A stretch of 64,000 nucleotides of DNA from NCBI GenBank assembly GCA_028534125.1, contig CM052817.1, positions 53,198,001 through 53,262,000 on the forward strand. The letters run 5' to 3'. How positions within the stretch are numbered: position 1 is the stretch's first letter; each line of letters opens with the position of its first letter. The notes under the pieces are model-generated. The model saw only the letters and a program-made list of their open reading frames with translations, had not been told where the DNA came from and ran no database searches. A program made the position numbers and the translations under genes. Shown one piece after another: positions 39,389-51,928 of the stretch. The stretch comes from Lama glama (Eukaryota).

Positions 39389-39479
39389 CTGCAAAACAGA
39401 CATCTTGATTATTTACCTCATATCTTCTCTTTTCCTAGTTTTGACCACTCTAGGGGCAACTCCATCTCTCTAAATCAGC

Positions 39480-39987
39480 TGAGTCTCTGTTCCCTTCCCT
39501 GAACTCTTCTCACTTTCTTTCTACTACCCTGACCTCAACTATCTCCTGTCCGGACTGTCAGCCTTCATACAACTCTCTTCGTCATTTATTAAACTCCAAC
39601 CACCTTAGTTGCATCTGTTTCTCATATAATTGAAATTTAATTCTGCCTAAAGGTATTGGCTTGAATTATCCTCTACTTAAAATTCTCTCTCCAAATCCTC
39701 AAATGTATCTATTTTTACTATCAATCTCTTATCAAACGTCCTGATTTCAAACAGCTTTTTCCTGATCATCCTATCCAAATTGTCCCTCCTTTCACTCTTT
39801 CTCCAATATCCCTGATCTAATGTGCGATCCTTCAGTGAAGGTCACTCTTCATCATTGACTTGTTTATACTTTTCCTAACCCAACTTGTACGCAAGTTCTC
39901 TGAGAGCAAGGGTCTTCTCTCTTTCATTCACGATGCAAACAGGGCCTTGCAAATAAGAGCTCAGTAAATACTTACTTAATACATAAA
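39480..39987 (+). mobile_element. L2 3' end
   Basis: AAGTTCTCTGAGAGCAAGGG...GAGCTCAGTAAATACTTACTTAATACATAAA. Confidence 0.7.
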
Positions 39988-40571
39988 ACAGAACAGGTCT
40001 TCAAGAATGAAGCTTATCCAAACGGCAGATTATAGGTCTAACCAAAACTACTCTCTCTCTCTTTTTTTTTGAAGGCTATAAGAGGATATTTCACATCAGG
40101 CCAGCAAGGGCTTCCTTGAATTTCACTTCCATTTCTCAGACAAAGAATTCCTGAATGTGAAACTGCAACTTTTTCTGATTCTCGTGAGGCACCAGCAAAG
40201 GAAATAAAGCATAATATTTATTTCTGAATAATAAGAGTTATTTCTGAACTCTCTCTGCTAGAATACACTGGCACATAAAGCTCGTTGGTGGAATAGAGCT
40301 ATGTTTTAAATTCTGGACTGTGGTACCATCGTTTAAAGCATAAAAAGCTTAGAAATATTCTGATTGAAAGAGCTACCTGCGTCAGCAAACACTAATCATT
40401 TCAGACATGGAACTGAGATATACAACATTGCCTGGTTTGTCATATGAATATTGAAGTCACTCCGAAAATTGGCACAAATTAAGGTGCAGACTCTAAGGCT
40501 GAGTCCAAAACTGTTAACAAATCACAAGATTCACATAAGGCCCATAGATGATTGCAAAAGACAATGGACTA

Positions 40572-41427
40572 TACAATGGACTATTACTTGGCCTAAAAAA
40601 GAAGGAAATTTTGCCATTTGTGACAACATGGATGAACCTATATTATACTATGCTAAGTGAAGTAAGTCAGACAGAGGAAGACAAATACATGATTTCACTT
40701 ATATGTGGAGTCTAAAAAACAGAACAAATAAACAAATATAACTCAAATTTATAAATACAGAGAACAAAAAGGTGGTTGCCAGAAGGGAGGGGTTGGGGGA
40801 CGAAAGAATTAGATGAGGGAGATTAGAGGTACAAATTTCCAGTGACAAAAGAAATGAGTCACAGGTATGAAATGCATTATGTGGAAAATAAAGTCAATAA
40901 CTTTGTAATATATTTGAATGATGACATATCATAACTAGACTTACCCTGGTGGTCATTTTGAAATGTATACAAATATCGAATTATTATGCTATATAACAGG
41001 AACTAACAGTATCGTAGGTCAATTATACTTCAAAAACAAACAAACTTGTAGAAAAAGAGGTAAGACTGGTTACCAGAGGTGGGGGATGAGAGAGGGGGAA
41101 CTGGATAAAGGTAGTGAAAAGGTACAAACTTCCAGTTACAAGATAAATAAGTACTAGGGGTATTTATTTATGTACAATATAAAATATAATTTACATTGCT
41201 GTACATTATATATGAAAGTTAAGAGAGTAAATCCTAAGAGTTCTCATCACAAGAAAAAATTGTTTTTTCTATTTCTTTAATTTGGTATCTATATGGGACG
41301 ATGGACATTCACTAAACTTACTGTGTTAATCATTTCATGATATGTACATCAAATTATTATGCCGGATACCTTAAACTTATACAGTGCTGTATGTCAATGT
41401 CATCTCAGTAAAATTGGAAGAAAAAAT
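40572..41427 (+). mobile_element. L1 3' end (L1MA9-derived Laurasiatherian type) with two tandem 3'-UTR-like units
   Basis: GCCATTTGTGACAACATGGATG...; GGTTGCCAGA..GGTACAAATTTCCAGT (about 40775-40845) recurs as GGTTACCAGA..GGTACAAACTTCCAGT (about 41068-41137). Confidence 0.85.
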
Positions 41428-42058
41428 ATCTGTTATAACCTAAAAAAAAAAAATGGCAGAATGAGACAATATAAATCTCAAATAATCAGATGTTCTTTGG
41501 GGTAGCAAAATAATGATCCAAAGTGGTGAAAGTGGGGAAGGAAGACACTGACCTCCTCTCTTCATCTAGGAACCATACATAACAGACTTGATTAAAACAA
41601 GACTTTAGATAGGATTTTTCCCCAGGTAGCTATGAATATTTAATGAACAATTTTGGTTAAGGTTTTAATTAGTTTTCCATTATAAGGAACATTCTTAGCT
41701 ATAAAACATTCTTAAAAAGTAATTGATATACCTACAAGTATGTTAAGTAATTGAAATATGCTGAATTTTAAAGTAAACTAAAGTGTTAGTTATTTCTAAA
41801 TGGAGGTGTAGCTTCTTTATTAAAAAGCTCAAATTCAGCTTATTTATAATTGAATATAGGAAAAAAAATCTCAAAAATATTAAAGATGTTTTGCAAGGAA
41901 AGGCCTCAATCAAATGTTTTCATTTTAACACTAAAAAGAAGCCTTAATAACAAATTCAAAAATAATGAAACACAGACACTGTCTTAAAGAGATCAACTCT
42001 AAGGTGTTTATTTTCTGAAGTCTGTATTTACTGGGAACAAATAATTTTTTAAATTGGT

Positions 42059-42220
42059 GATTTATTGCAAAATGATCACCAAAGTAAGTTTAGTTAACAT
42101 TCATCACCAGAGTTACAGTTTTGTTTTCTTGTGATGACAACTTTTAAGAGCAAAGAATTATACTGTACACCTGAAACTAATATATCATATGTCAATTATA
42201 TCTCAAAATTTTTTCAAAAA
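42059..42220 (+). mobile_element. Miniature L1 3' end with inverted 5' half
   Basis: 42059-42149 is antisense L1MA-type 3' UTR; 42151-42220 is the sense terminal piece TGTACACCTGAAACTAATATA..GTCAATTATATCTCAAAA. Confidence 0.75.
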
Positions 42221-42274
42221 TGCATAACATTATTTTATGAACACAAACATTATGAGACAGTCACAGCAGTCACT

Positions 42275-42390
42275 ACTATGTTCCTTTCACAGTTCAGAAA
42301 ATTGGAGCTGAAAAAAGGCAAGAGGACTTTCCCATCTAAGGTCACACAACTGGTAAATGTCAAGTGAAACATGGACCCAGGATTTTCTAA
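42275..42390 (-). mobile_element. MIR fragment
   Basis: TCTAAGGTCACACAACTGGTAAATG. Confidence 0.65.
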
Positions 42391-42634
42391 AATTATTATT
42401 ATTATACCTGGTGTAATCTCATTGGCAACGGGATCTCCATGTAAACATACCAATAAAAATTTGCTAAGAGGAAGAGATCTTACCTGAAACGTCCTTAGCA
42501 AGATACTCCTGGCTACAGGATAACTTATACTGAATAAACCCACAATCTACAGATTTATCAACCAGGGCTCCCCTTGTCTGTATCAGTTTATTTAGTCCTA
42601 ATTAAGAATTATGTAAGATGGCTGCTGCGAAAAA

Positions 42635-42780
42635 TGCCACTTTTAGAGAAATTAAGAAGTTAAGTTACCTGACCCAGGTTCACATATTAGGGGTAGTTGA
42701 CTATTGGGTATAAAGCCAACATTCCTATCTAACAAGCCTGACTCTGGGTCCTGCACTCGTAACCACTACTCTCCAGGCCT
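42635..42780 (-). mobile_element. MIR fragment
   Basis: AAGTTAAGTTACCTGACCCAGGTTCACA...CCTGACTCTGGGTCCTGCACTCGTAACCACTAC. Confidence 0.65.
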
Positions 42781-43193
42781 CTCCACTGGGCACTGAAAAG
42801 AAATTTTCTAGAAATTTTCTAAAATCCTTCCAAATTCTGAAAATGTACAACTTTCCAAAGTATTCTGACCATGAGATATTTTTAAAATTCATCTGCTGTG
42901 ACATGCTTAGATTAATAAAATGCTTTTTCTTTAAACAGATTTAAAGCACTAGGATAAAATACACCACACTGAACTATAGGAATACTTCTGTATTACAAGA
43001 ATCCAAAGAATATCCTTGTAAATAAATTAGAAGAATGTTTACCAGTCAAGGTTTCAAATGCTCTTCTGCATTGATTAGAAATTAAACAACAACAAAGGAG
43101 ATTTTTCCAATAAAATAAGTTCTCTCTTGTTTTTGAGCAGGAATTTTTTTTACTTATTTTGGTATACTCAGATATCCAAAATTACTAATGCTG

Positions 43194-43650
43194 TTTTTTA
43201 CTGAATAGTTGATTTACAATGTTGTGTTCGTTTCTAGTATGATATAGTATTTGATTCACTTACACATATGTATGTTCTTTTTCATATTCTCTTTCACTAT
43301 AGGTTATTACAAGATATTGAATATAGTTTCCCCATGCTATACAGTAGGACCTTTTTGTTTATCTATTTTATATATAGTGATTTATATTTGCTAATCCCAA
43401 ACTCCTAAGTTATGCCTCCCTCACTTCTCTGCTTTGATAACCATACATTTGTTTTCTATGTCTGTGAGTCTGTTTCTGTTTTGGAAATAAGTTTATTTGT
43501 GTCATTATTTTAGATTTCACATATAAGTGATATCATACGATATTTGTCTTTTTCTGTCTGACTTACTTCACTAAGTATGATAATCTCCAGGTCCATCCAT
43601 GTTTTTGTAAATGGTATTATTTCTTTTTATTTTTTTAAGGTTTAGTAGCA
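43194..43650 (-). mobile_element. Cetartiodactyl-type L1 3' end
   Basis: TAGTTGATTTACAATGTTGTG...TGCTATACAGTAGGACCT...GACTTACTTCACTAAGTATGATAATCTCCAGGTCCATCCATG. Confidence 0.9.
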
Positions 43651-44159
43651 GTACCACAAGTTTTCGGCCTCTAAATATTGCTTACCTTTATCTAAAATAG
43701 GTTTACAAAATATTCAGGAGAGATAAACCATCCTTTTTACTTTACCATGAGAACTCAAGGAGAAGAACAGTAACGGTAAAATGATAACATTTAGCATTTT
43801 ATATTTATTTATTCTGAGATACCAAAATATGGTTCATGTAGATATCACATGGTTAGAAGTTGATTTTGATAATAACACATAAAGATCCTAGCAATAACAC
43901 AAAAATGGTGATGTTAAAACAGACAAAAAATCAACCTACTTAATGTTAAATGGCTAAGCAACAAGTATTGTTTTATCCCTTTAGTAAAATAGTTGTTATA
44001 TTCAAAAATTTTATACACTGAAACTTTTTGGTGGATTTAGCACAACAATGGTTTTCTTACTTATTCCATTTATTCAATAATGCTTAATCTGAAATATGAT
44101 CTTATTTTAAATTATCAATGTCTTTAGAACATACTATAAATTTTGAAATATTTAAAACT

Positions 44160-44320
44160 TTACATACCATATGTTTATATACATTATATATATGCATGTG
44201 TTATAGTGAATATACATGCATTAATTTTACATGTGTATATACATACATTTAAATATATGTATGTGCATACATATATGTATATATGCATGCATACACACAC
44301 ATACACACACATACATATAA
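44160..44320. repeat. Degenerate (TA/CA/TG) low-complexity repeat
   Basis: Direct reading. Confidence 0.8.
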
Positions 44321-44935
44321 TTAGTGAGTAGTTACAATAAATAGCCCAGAGAGATAAATATTTAAAATTTTATAGTTTAGGTTATTTTTCAAAATCAAAG
44401 CTTTTTCTATTTAAAAAATGTTATATATATTTCTATCACTATTTCCTGTAGCCAATAATTTGAAATTTCAAGACCTAATAATTCATTTAAATATTTACGC
44501 TTTTCTTGAACTGTATGGTTTTATTCTACTCTATGACTTGTGCCGAATTAAATCTTCTGAGTTGTAGCATCATTTGTCAATTCACATGAAATCTGGCTAG
44601 AGTCATTTATGAAAAATTATTATGATCTCATTACTCATGGAAACCATTTATTTTCTTTAATAAAGCTCATTACTAAATTGTAATTTTATATATAGTCTGT
44701 TTTAGAATGAAGCAAAAGATGTGGAGCTCCACTGAAACAGGTTTGCAAAATTTCAATTACCTTGATTTTTCTTCATCCAGAATGTGATAAAATTTCCTGC
44801 ATAAGTATATGTGAAGGAGATGAAGTAAATATACATGCACGAACACACACACACACACACATATATATATGTATATATACATACATAAACTATGTGATAA
44901 TGAACCCATGACTTAGTAACAGATATGCAGCTACA

Positions 44936-45417
44936 TAGGCATACTTGGACATAATGCGGGTCCAGTTCCAGACCACTGCAATAAAGTAATTATCACTTTA
45001 TTACTCAATAAAGTGAGTCACAAAACTTGCTTTGATTTCCCAGTGGATATAAAAGTTATGTTTACATCATACTGTAGTCTATTAAGTGTGCAATAACATT
45101 TCGCCAAAACACCAATGTACATACCTTAATTTAAAATACTGTATCATTAAAAAATATCTAACCATAATCTGAGCCTTCAGCAAGTTCTAATAGTAACATC
45201 AAAGATGACTGATCACAGACCACCATAACATACACGATAATAATGAAAACATTTGAAATAGTGTGAGAATTACCAAATGTGGTACAGAGACAGGAAGGGA
45301 GGAAATGCTGTTGGAAAAATGGCATCAATAGCTTGCTTGATGCAGGGTTGCTACAAAACTTCAATTTGTAGAAAAAAATGTAATTAAAGTGAAGTGCAAT
45401 AAAATGAGGTAGGCCTG
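44936..45417 (-). mobile_element. Tigger1 internal-deletion derivative (about 480 bp, Tigger1a-like; TcMar-Tigger)
   Basis: Terminal inverted repeats TAGGCATACTT... / ...GAGGTAGGCCTG; TGCGGGTCCAGTTCCAGACCACTGCAATAAAG and GCTGTTGGAAAAATGGCATCAATAG match the two Tigger1 ends. Confidence 0.9.
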
Positions 45418-46097
45418 TTTTGAAATACTGATGATCATCTCACTTCTATTAAAAATCCTTAAGCAATGATCATGTCTGGTTAACTGTAAATGGAAATATT
45501 AAATATTTTGCAGAGGAATTAAGAATTTATCTTTATGATCAAAAGCTTTCAGAAACATGCTGTCTGATAGAAATGGAACTTTTTTCAGCTAAAGTTGCCC
45601 TGAGCACTAATCAGAGGAAATGATAGCAGTCACCACTCTGTTGTGTCTTAGAACAAATCACTAAATTCATTTTTGGATTTCAATGATCTGAACTGGCAAT
45701 ATATATTTCCACTTTACAGTTTTGAAATTGGTTATTTATATTTCCAAAATTCATCCAAACCTCTGGTTATTCTTTAACAAAATGCCAACATTAGATCTAT
45801 AAACTGAGTTCTTAAACATGTAAACCCATAAGGATATCACTGACTGTAACCTTAAAATATACAAAAACACCCATTTCATTTTTCCTTTTGTTAATATTCA
45901 ACCTATCCCTAGGTAATGGATCACCAACATATGGGGCCCCTGAGAAAGGGAAGGACAATGAAGAATCTACAGAGAAATCTAAGATGAAATTTCTTCTTAA
46001 GGCACAAAAGTGCATAAAATCATAAAGAAGCTCAGTTTAGGGACAAAGTATTTAGTTTTGAATCATCACGTCATCATCATCACAACTAAAGTTTAAA

Positions 46098-46403
46098 TGC
46101 TACTGGGGACTGAATTTTTGTGTCCCCATCTCCAAATTCATATATTGAAGCACCAACTGCCAATGTGATAGTATTAGCACCTGCAGTCTTGGTTTCATTA
46201 GGTTCAGATGAGGTCAGGGTGGGGAAGCCCCTATGATGAGATTAGTGCTCTTAGAAGAAGAGAAAGAGATCCCAGAGCTTCCTCTCCCACATGAGATGAG
46301 GATGCAGCTAGAAGGTGGCCAGAACTGTGAGATACAAATGCCTGTTGTTGAATAAGCCACCCAGTCTCTGGTATTTTGTTATAGCAGCTCAGGCTGACTC
46401 ACA
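46098..46403 (+). mobile_element. MaLR LTR, MLT1A-like, internally deleted
   Basis: TTTGTGTCCCC..CAAATTCATATATTGAAG...AAGCCACCCAGTCTCTGGTATTTTGTTATAGCAGC. Confidence 0.85.
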
Positions 46404-46938
46404 TGTGCTCACAATGAACCAAAGGCTTCCCACACCTCATCACTAATCTAGATGATGTCTCATCACTAGTTTCCGAGGCCAGAAATTTCTACCTTTTTAA
46501 AATATCCCACCCTACTACCTAAAGCAACACCTGGCACACATGAGACCTGAATAAATATGTGCAGAATGGAGTGACAGCCCACTTAATGTTTGAATAAACT
46601 GAGATTTATATAAATTAAAGCAAAGCAAAAATAATATGAGACCAAAGGATAAATAATGGAACATTTACTGTGTACATGAAACACCTCAGTCGGACCATGA
46701 TACATGAATTTCACTAGTTAAAATAAAAAAGAAAAGCCCAAAGAAATATGAAGAACAAAGTCATGAAGTTACTGAACACCACAAGCTGTGTAGGAGAAAT
46801 ATAAGCCTGTCCTTATTACTAGACTGTAAAGCTCAGAAAAAGCAGGGAGTAGTGATCAGATGGAAAGCAGGGAAGGATGTGAAAGATTATGTCAGTGCTC
46901 CAGTGAGAGGTAATGAGTGCCTGAACTACAACGTAGGG

Positions 46939-47918
46939 CAGTCATGTGCTGGTACATGTTACTAATGGCTCTTTGAAAAAAGGAAAATATGTATGGGATG
47001 GAGTGTGTGTGTGTGTGTGTGTGTGCCTATATATGTTAATAAAAGTCACAATACCGCTTGAGTGTTAACTTGATGATTTTGATATTCCTTTACATAATTT
47101 TATAAATAGCAAATTGTAACAAAAATATGTACACTTTAAAAAATGCATAACTGCAGTGTGACTGGCTATTTCTCACAAAATCTGCTACAAACTTTTTTTC
47201 ATTCTGGCACCAATGATAATTTCAATCAGACTGTGAATAATGCTTGATTATTAATGAATAAGAAAGAAATCACTCAAGTAGGTGATTAATAAGCATAGTT
47301 TCAACATGAATATTGTTTGAGATCGTCATTTATGTTAATAAGTAAGACAACATGAAACAATGAAAACCCGTATCAGAACTTCAATTGCCAATGATGTGAG
47401 AGAATTCTTTGCTAAATCAGACTGTTTTCAAAGTGAGCTGTCGTAATTCCTCACTTTTTGGTGCTATTTACAACATAATGGCCACAGATATGATAGACTT
47501 AAGTTTAATCTGCAATACCATGTTCTCTGTTATTTTCCTAAATCTAGACAGTCAACAAAACAATAAATCAAGCCCTGGTTTGTGATGTTTGCCCATTTCT
47601 ATGGTGTAAACACTGCAACCATGCCCAATTCCAAGATACCAAGAGAGCGGTCACTGAATATGAATTTGGAGGAATGTGCAGCACTACAACATGATGGAAC
47701 TCTTCCACTATACACATCAATAGACAGAACCTAAGTAGCAATCAGTAAGATAATTAGGAAATAATGGTAAAAATTAAATATTTGTAAGCTTTATTTAAAA
47801 TATAAATTTTCAGAAGTAATTCTAGAAAATATTATATTTTTGATCTATATATTTAGTTATAATCTCAGGAAAATTAATGAATTTCAACAAGTCACCATTA
47901 AGGCTTAAACATAGCACG
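46939..47918. mobile_element. MER63-like hAT-Blackjack DNA transposon (about 1 kb form)
   Basis: Terminus CAGTCATGTGCTGGTACATGTT; internal AAGCCCTGGTTTGTGATGTTTGCCCATTTCTATGGTGTAAACACT matches the MER63 core. Confidence 0.8.
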
Positions 47919-48138
47919 AGAGAGCTCTGAGAAGGGAAAATGCGCAGAGCAGACAATATAGTGAATCAGACTGTCTTCCGCATAGAACCATGGCAGTTAC
48001 TACATTGGTGAAAAAATACTGTTTCCATGTTGGTGGAAAACAAGAAAAGAGAAAAAAATGATATTTTAAAGTTGTTAGCAAAAGAAAAAAGGAGACTTTA
48101 ATTTCAAAATTATTTAGTCCTTATAAAATATGAATGGG

Positions 48139-48757
48139 TGTGGGAGCCCATAATTGGGTTAACAAATTATAACAGACCCCAGCTGCTTATCTCCTTAAAG
48201 AAGATGTGCTTGGTAACTGCCTTGAGGTTTTAGCAATGACCCAGGCCCCCCGGCTATAAACGCTGAGCGGCCTGCTGTTAGTCTTCTATCCCCAAAACAG
48301 CCGTGGGCTGGAATGGTAAACAACTTATAAAAAGCCGCAGACTCAGAGGTGAGAAGGCTGGTTAGCCAAAGACGGTAAGATCCCCTGAGGGGGCAACCTA
48401 AGACAGGCACAGCCGCCTGAGTCCAAGTTGTTAAGCAGCTGATTCTCACACGTTCCGCCCTGATAAGCTGAGAGGCTCAACAGGAACATGATTCACCAAA
48501 AAGGGTCTTCTGACCTTGAGCCAAACACCAACAATAAACAAAGCCTTTGTACTCATGGTGATCCCACCCTGTCCTTCCCTAAATTCCTGCATTCCTCCTT
48601 TGACTGTACTCAATAAATATGAGAGATCTGAGAGGCTCCTGGAGTTGGCTCCTGACTCCCTCTCGCTTTCTTGACTTTTCCACAGAGCCTTGAGTAATTC
48701 ATTTCTTCTCGATGGGACTTCTGCCAGCCAGAACCCACAACTGGTGACGAACCCACA
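48139..48757 (+). mobile_element. Relatively young ERV solo LTR, probably class II (betaretrovirus-like)
   Basis: Termini TGTGGG...CCCACA; 6-bp near-TSD AATGGG (48133-48138) / AATAGG (48758-48763); CpG-rich relative to flanks; GGCAACCTAAGACAGGCACAG motif; TATA-like ATAAATA near 48613. Confidence 0.85.
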
Positions 48758-50479
48758 AATAGGAGTATAAAGACAGTAACATTTTTGCAGTAGATAAAGC
48801 AAACAATTTTCATAGATTTTGTTGCTGCTGTTTCCTGTCATCTGCTTCAACATGTCACTACTCTAAATGTTTCTTTAAAAATACAGTGAGTACACACACA
48901 AACACACACACACACACACAATGATACAATATACTTGTGATGAAAAGAGTTGATAAATATATATAGCATAGCAGTAAATTTATGAGAAAATCAGAATCCT
49001 GTTCCTAAACACTTGATCAAAAATCTTACCTAAATTTAAGGAAGAAAAGCTATGCAATTCTTTTGTGTTCCAAGAGAAAGAGGAGAAATAGATGAAGGTG
49101 ATCCTTGAAAATAGTATTGTTATTTTCATTTACTTATTGATTTGTTATTGATTCACTGATTTATTTATTAAAGTATAAGACCCTTTCCAGCAGGTAGAGG
49201 ACAAATGCTCATGGGACTCAATTCCCTTTTACTGGAAGACTTGGTATTTCCTTTTGTCAGGAAAACAGTATAATCATTATAATAAAGCAGAAATTGTGTG
49301 GAGAAATAATACATATAATAGAATCTGAGTAAAGCTGTGCTGGTGGGAAAAGATGGATTAACTGTGGACAGGGAAAGATCACCTAAATATAGCAAGGCAC
49401 TTCTAAATGTCCAATAAGGTTTTGACTTTTTATTTTTTAACAATTGGACACCGAGGGATAGATACGTCACATCAAGGTACAGGTCCTCTGGGAAGATTCA
49501 TGACTACCTGCAACTGCCTTTTACCATCTGAAGCTACCTTCTATTCCTTGCCTAGTTGAAGCCTGGTTATACTGTGATTTTTGTTGGAATCATAAGACAT
49601 GCACGTGTCCCTTTTTGGAAATAAATGTTCCCTCTTTCTGTGGGATTCTCACAAATAAAAGATATGCATTAATTAAAATGTCATGGCTCTTTAGTTTTCA
49701 TTTGTGCACTCAAATTTCTAAAACTTCTAAGGTTGTGTCCTAGAATCAGTTGACTCAGGATACAGGGAAAAGGGTAAGAAGATTCTACAAGTCTTCTAAA
49801 ATCTTAACTGTCAGAACAGTAATCATATCCAAAATATGCTTTAAATAATACAGGTACACATTGATTAAATAATCCCAAGTATTACCTGTGATAACAGAGC
49901 CTTCTGGATATAATGGTGGCTGTGGACAGCTTCTTGTGATTGTGTGATGGAGAGCACTATTCAGGTTGTCAAAGTTAATGGCAGAGATGGGAGAAATAGG
50001 AATAAAGTGAAACAGGATTTAAGTGTCACGCTGATTATCATCAGAGGACAATAAAAAGTGGTCTGCAGTCTGGTGCCACAGGCATTAAATAACATGTATT
50101 TTTTAGATGTAATGAATGAAGATTACATTGTGATGCTTTAAAGATAAACTGGGACAAGGACACATTTCTGCCACTTTTCACTGGACTTTGGTGTCACTTG
50201 TGAGGTTGGTAGAGGACAGAGAATGGGAAAAGGACAAGTGAAAAAAGATGAACTTTCTTCTAACGGAGGAGTATTTTCTAGAGGATGATTTCCAGTTAAA
50301 GCTAAGATTTGAGAAGAGGAACTAAGATTAGTGGAATAAAGAGAGGTATGTTTAGATTAAAATACAAAGAAAGAAGACTGGAAGGAGAGAACAGGGAAGA
50401 CTTATTAGTCAAAATTTAATTAGTAAAAGTGTGATTGTCAAGTTTAAGTCATAACTAATCGGTTTCTATCCAACTGTTG

Positions 50480-50955
50480 GTGCCCCGCCCCCACCCCTCT
50501 GATCCCATCTACTATATTCCTGTGCCCTTCCCCCTTTTTTTGTTTGTTTTTTAATTTGTTTGTTCATTTAAATAGAGCTATGACTTTCTTTGGGAAGCTA
50601 TTCTCAGACTGCAGAAACCAATTTGCCCCACCTGCAGACAATTGAAGTGCCTGGGAGTTACATCTCTGGGGGTGCCCCTTAAGCAATATATGATTGGTTC
50701 AGAAGTACTGAAGCCCGAATGCCTTTACTTTCAGTTGGATCCATTTCTGAAGCATAATTTACACACAGATAACCCCTGGCATGGGCTGAGACTGGATCTT
50801 TGCCTGTAATTGCATTTTACTTGGATTCTTCTCCTTCCCTGTAATGATTTAGTTCCTTATCCTCCTTCTTCTGGGAATATCTTCTTAATATATTACTTGC
50901 ATGTGAACCTTGATCTCACAGTTTGTTTCTGGGGAATAAGATTGGGATTAAGGAC
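50480..50955 (+). mobile_element. ERVL LTR, LTR16-like
   Basis: AGTGCCTGGGAGTTACATC...CTTAATATATTACTTGCATGTGAACCTTGATCTCACAGTTTGTTTCTGGGGAA. Confidence 0.75.
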
Positions 50956-51461
50956 CAATTATGGGGTTTTTTGGTAGGGGGGTGGTTGTGTTTTGTTTTT
51001 CCCCTAAGCTAAGCTTGGATAACTGGTAAGTTATCTAGATGTCTTACAAATTGAAAAGGCTCATAACATGTCTCAGTGACTCAAGAACTGTGTCCAAGAA
51101 AAGCATAAACAGTGGGAAAAGTCTGGAAATCAAAAGTTTCCATTAAAGATGAAATTGTTTATTTAAAAATCTAGTGTTTCACTTATAAAGTATCTTCAAA
51201 TTACTTTTAAGTAGTAAAGAAAAATTAATGAGACAAAGCAGAACTGGAGTGGTACGTTAACTGATTAAACCAATGCTTGCTGCAGAGTTGAAGAAGGTAC
51301 TCCCACTTATCAGTTCTAACATCTGTTTTTCATGTGCTTTGAATGTCTCATATAGGAACTCAATTAAAGAAATGTAGAATACACAAATATTATTTAAAGC
51401 AGCAGAAAGGATTTAGGGCAAAATAAATTGTAAATGATTGATATTAAACTTAGCAAATACC

Positions 51462-51928
51462 ATGACCGGGAACTTCCAAGGTGGCTCCCAGTGCTGCCCC
51501 TGCCCTTACAGATTGGTGTCTAAGTCCCTCCTCCTTCAGCAACTGGTTTCTAAGCAATAGAACACCTCAACCTTGAGGAGATGTCTCTCCTCTTTGGTTA
51601 GACTACAAGAGACTGTAAATTTTGTTAGCAAAGGCCTCCTCGTCTGAGGGCTTCCTGCTAATAACCAGAGACTGAAGCCCCCAGTCCAATGACAGGAAAA
51701 GAACTAAACCCTTCCAACAACCAAAGGAGCTTGGGGGTGAGTCTTTTCTTAGGCAAGCTTTCAAATGAGACTCAATCCCTGGCAGATTGCAGCCTCTTGA
51801 GAGACTCAGAAACAGGGCCCAGGTAAAGCATGCCTGGTTTTATGGACCCACAGAAACTGTGAGATAATGTGTTTTTTAACCTGCTAAATGTATGGTAATT
51901 TGTTGTGTGGCACTCAATAACTAATACA
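51462..51928 (+). mobile_element. MaLR LTR, MLT1E/F/G-like
   Basis: CCAAGGTGGCTCCCAGTG...GACCCACAGAAACTGTGAGATAATG...GGTAATTTGTT...ATAACTAATACA. Confidence 0.82.

Noticed and set aside
48195..48853. Minus-strand ORFs (84 and 135 aa) in the LTR, considered as a possible LTR-encoded accessory gene such as MMTV sag
   Set aside because: They are antisense to the LTR, the longer one starts outside it, and neither shows recognisable similarity.
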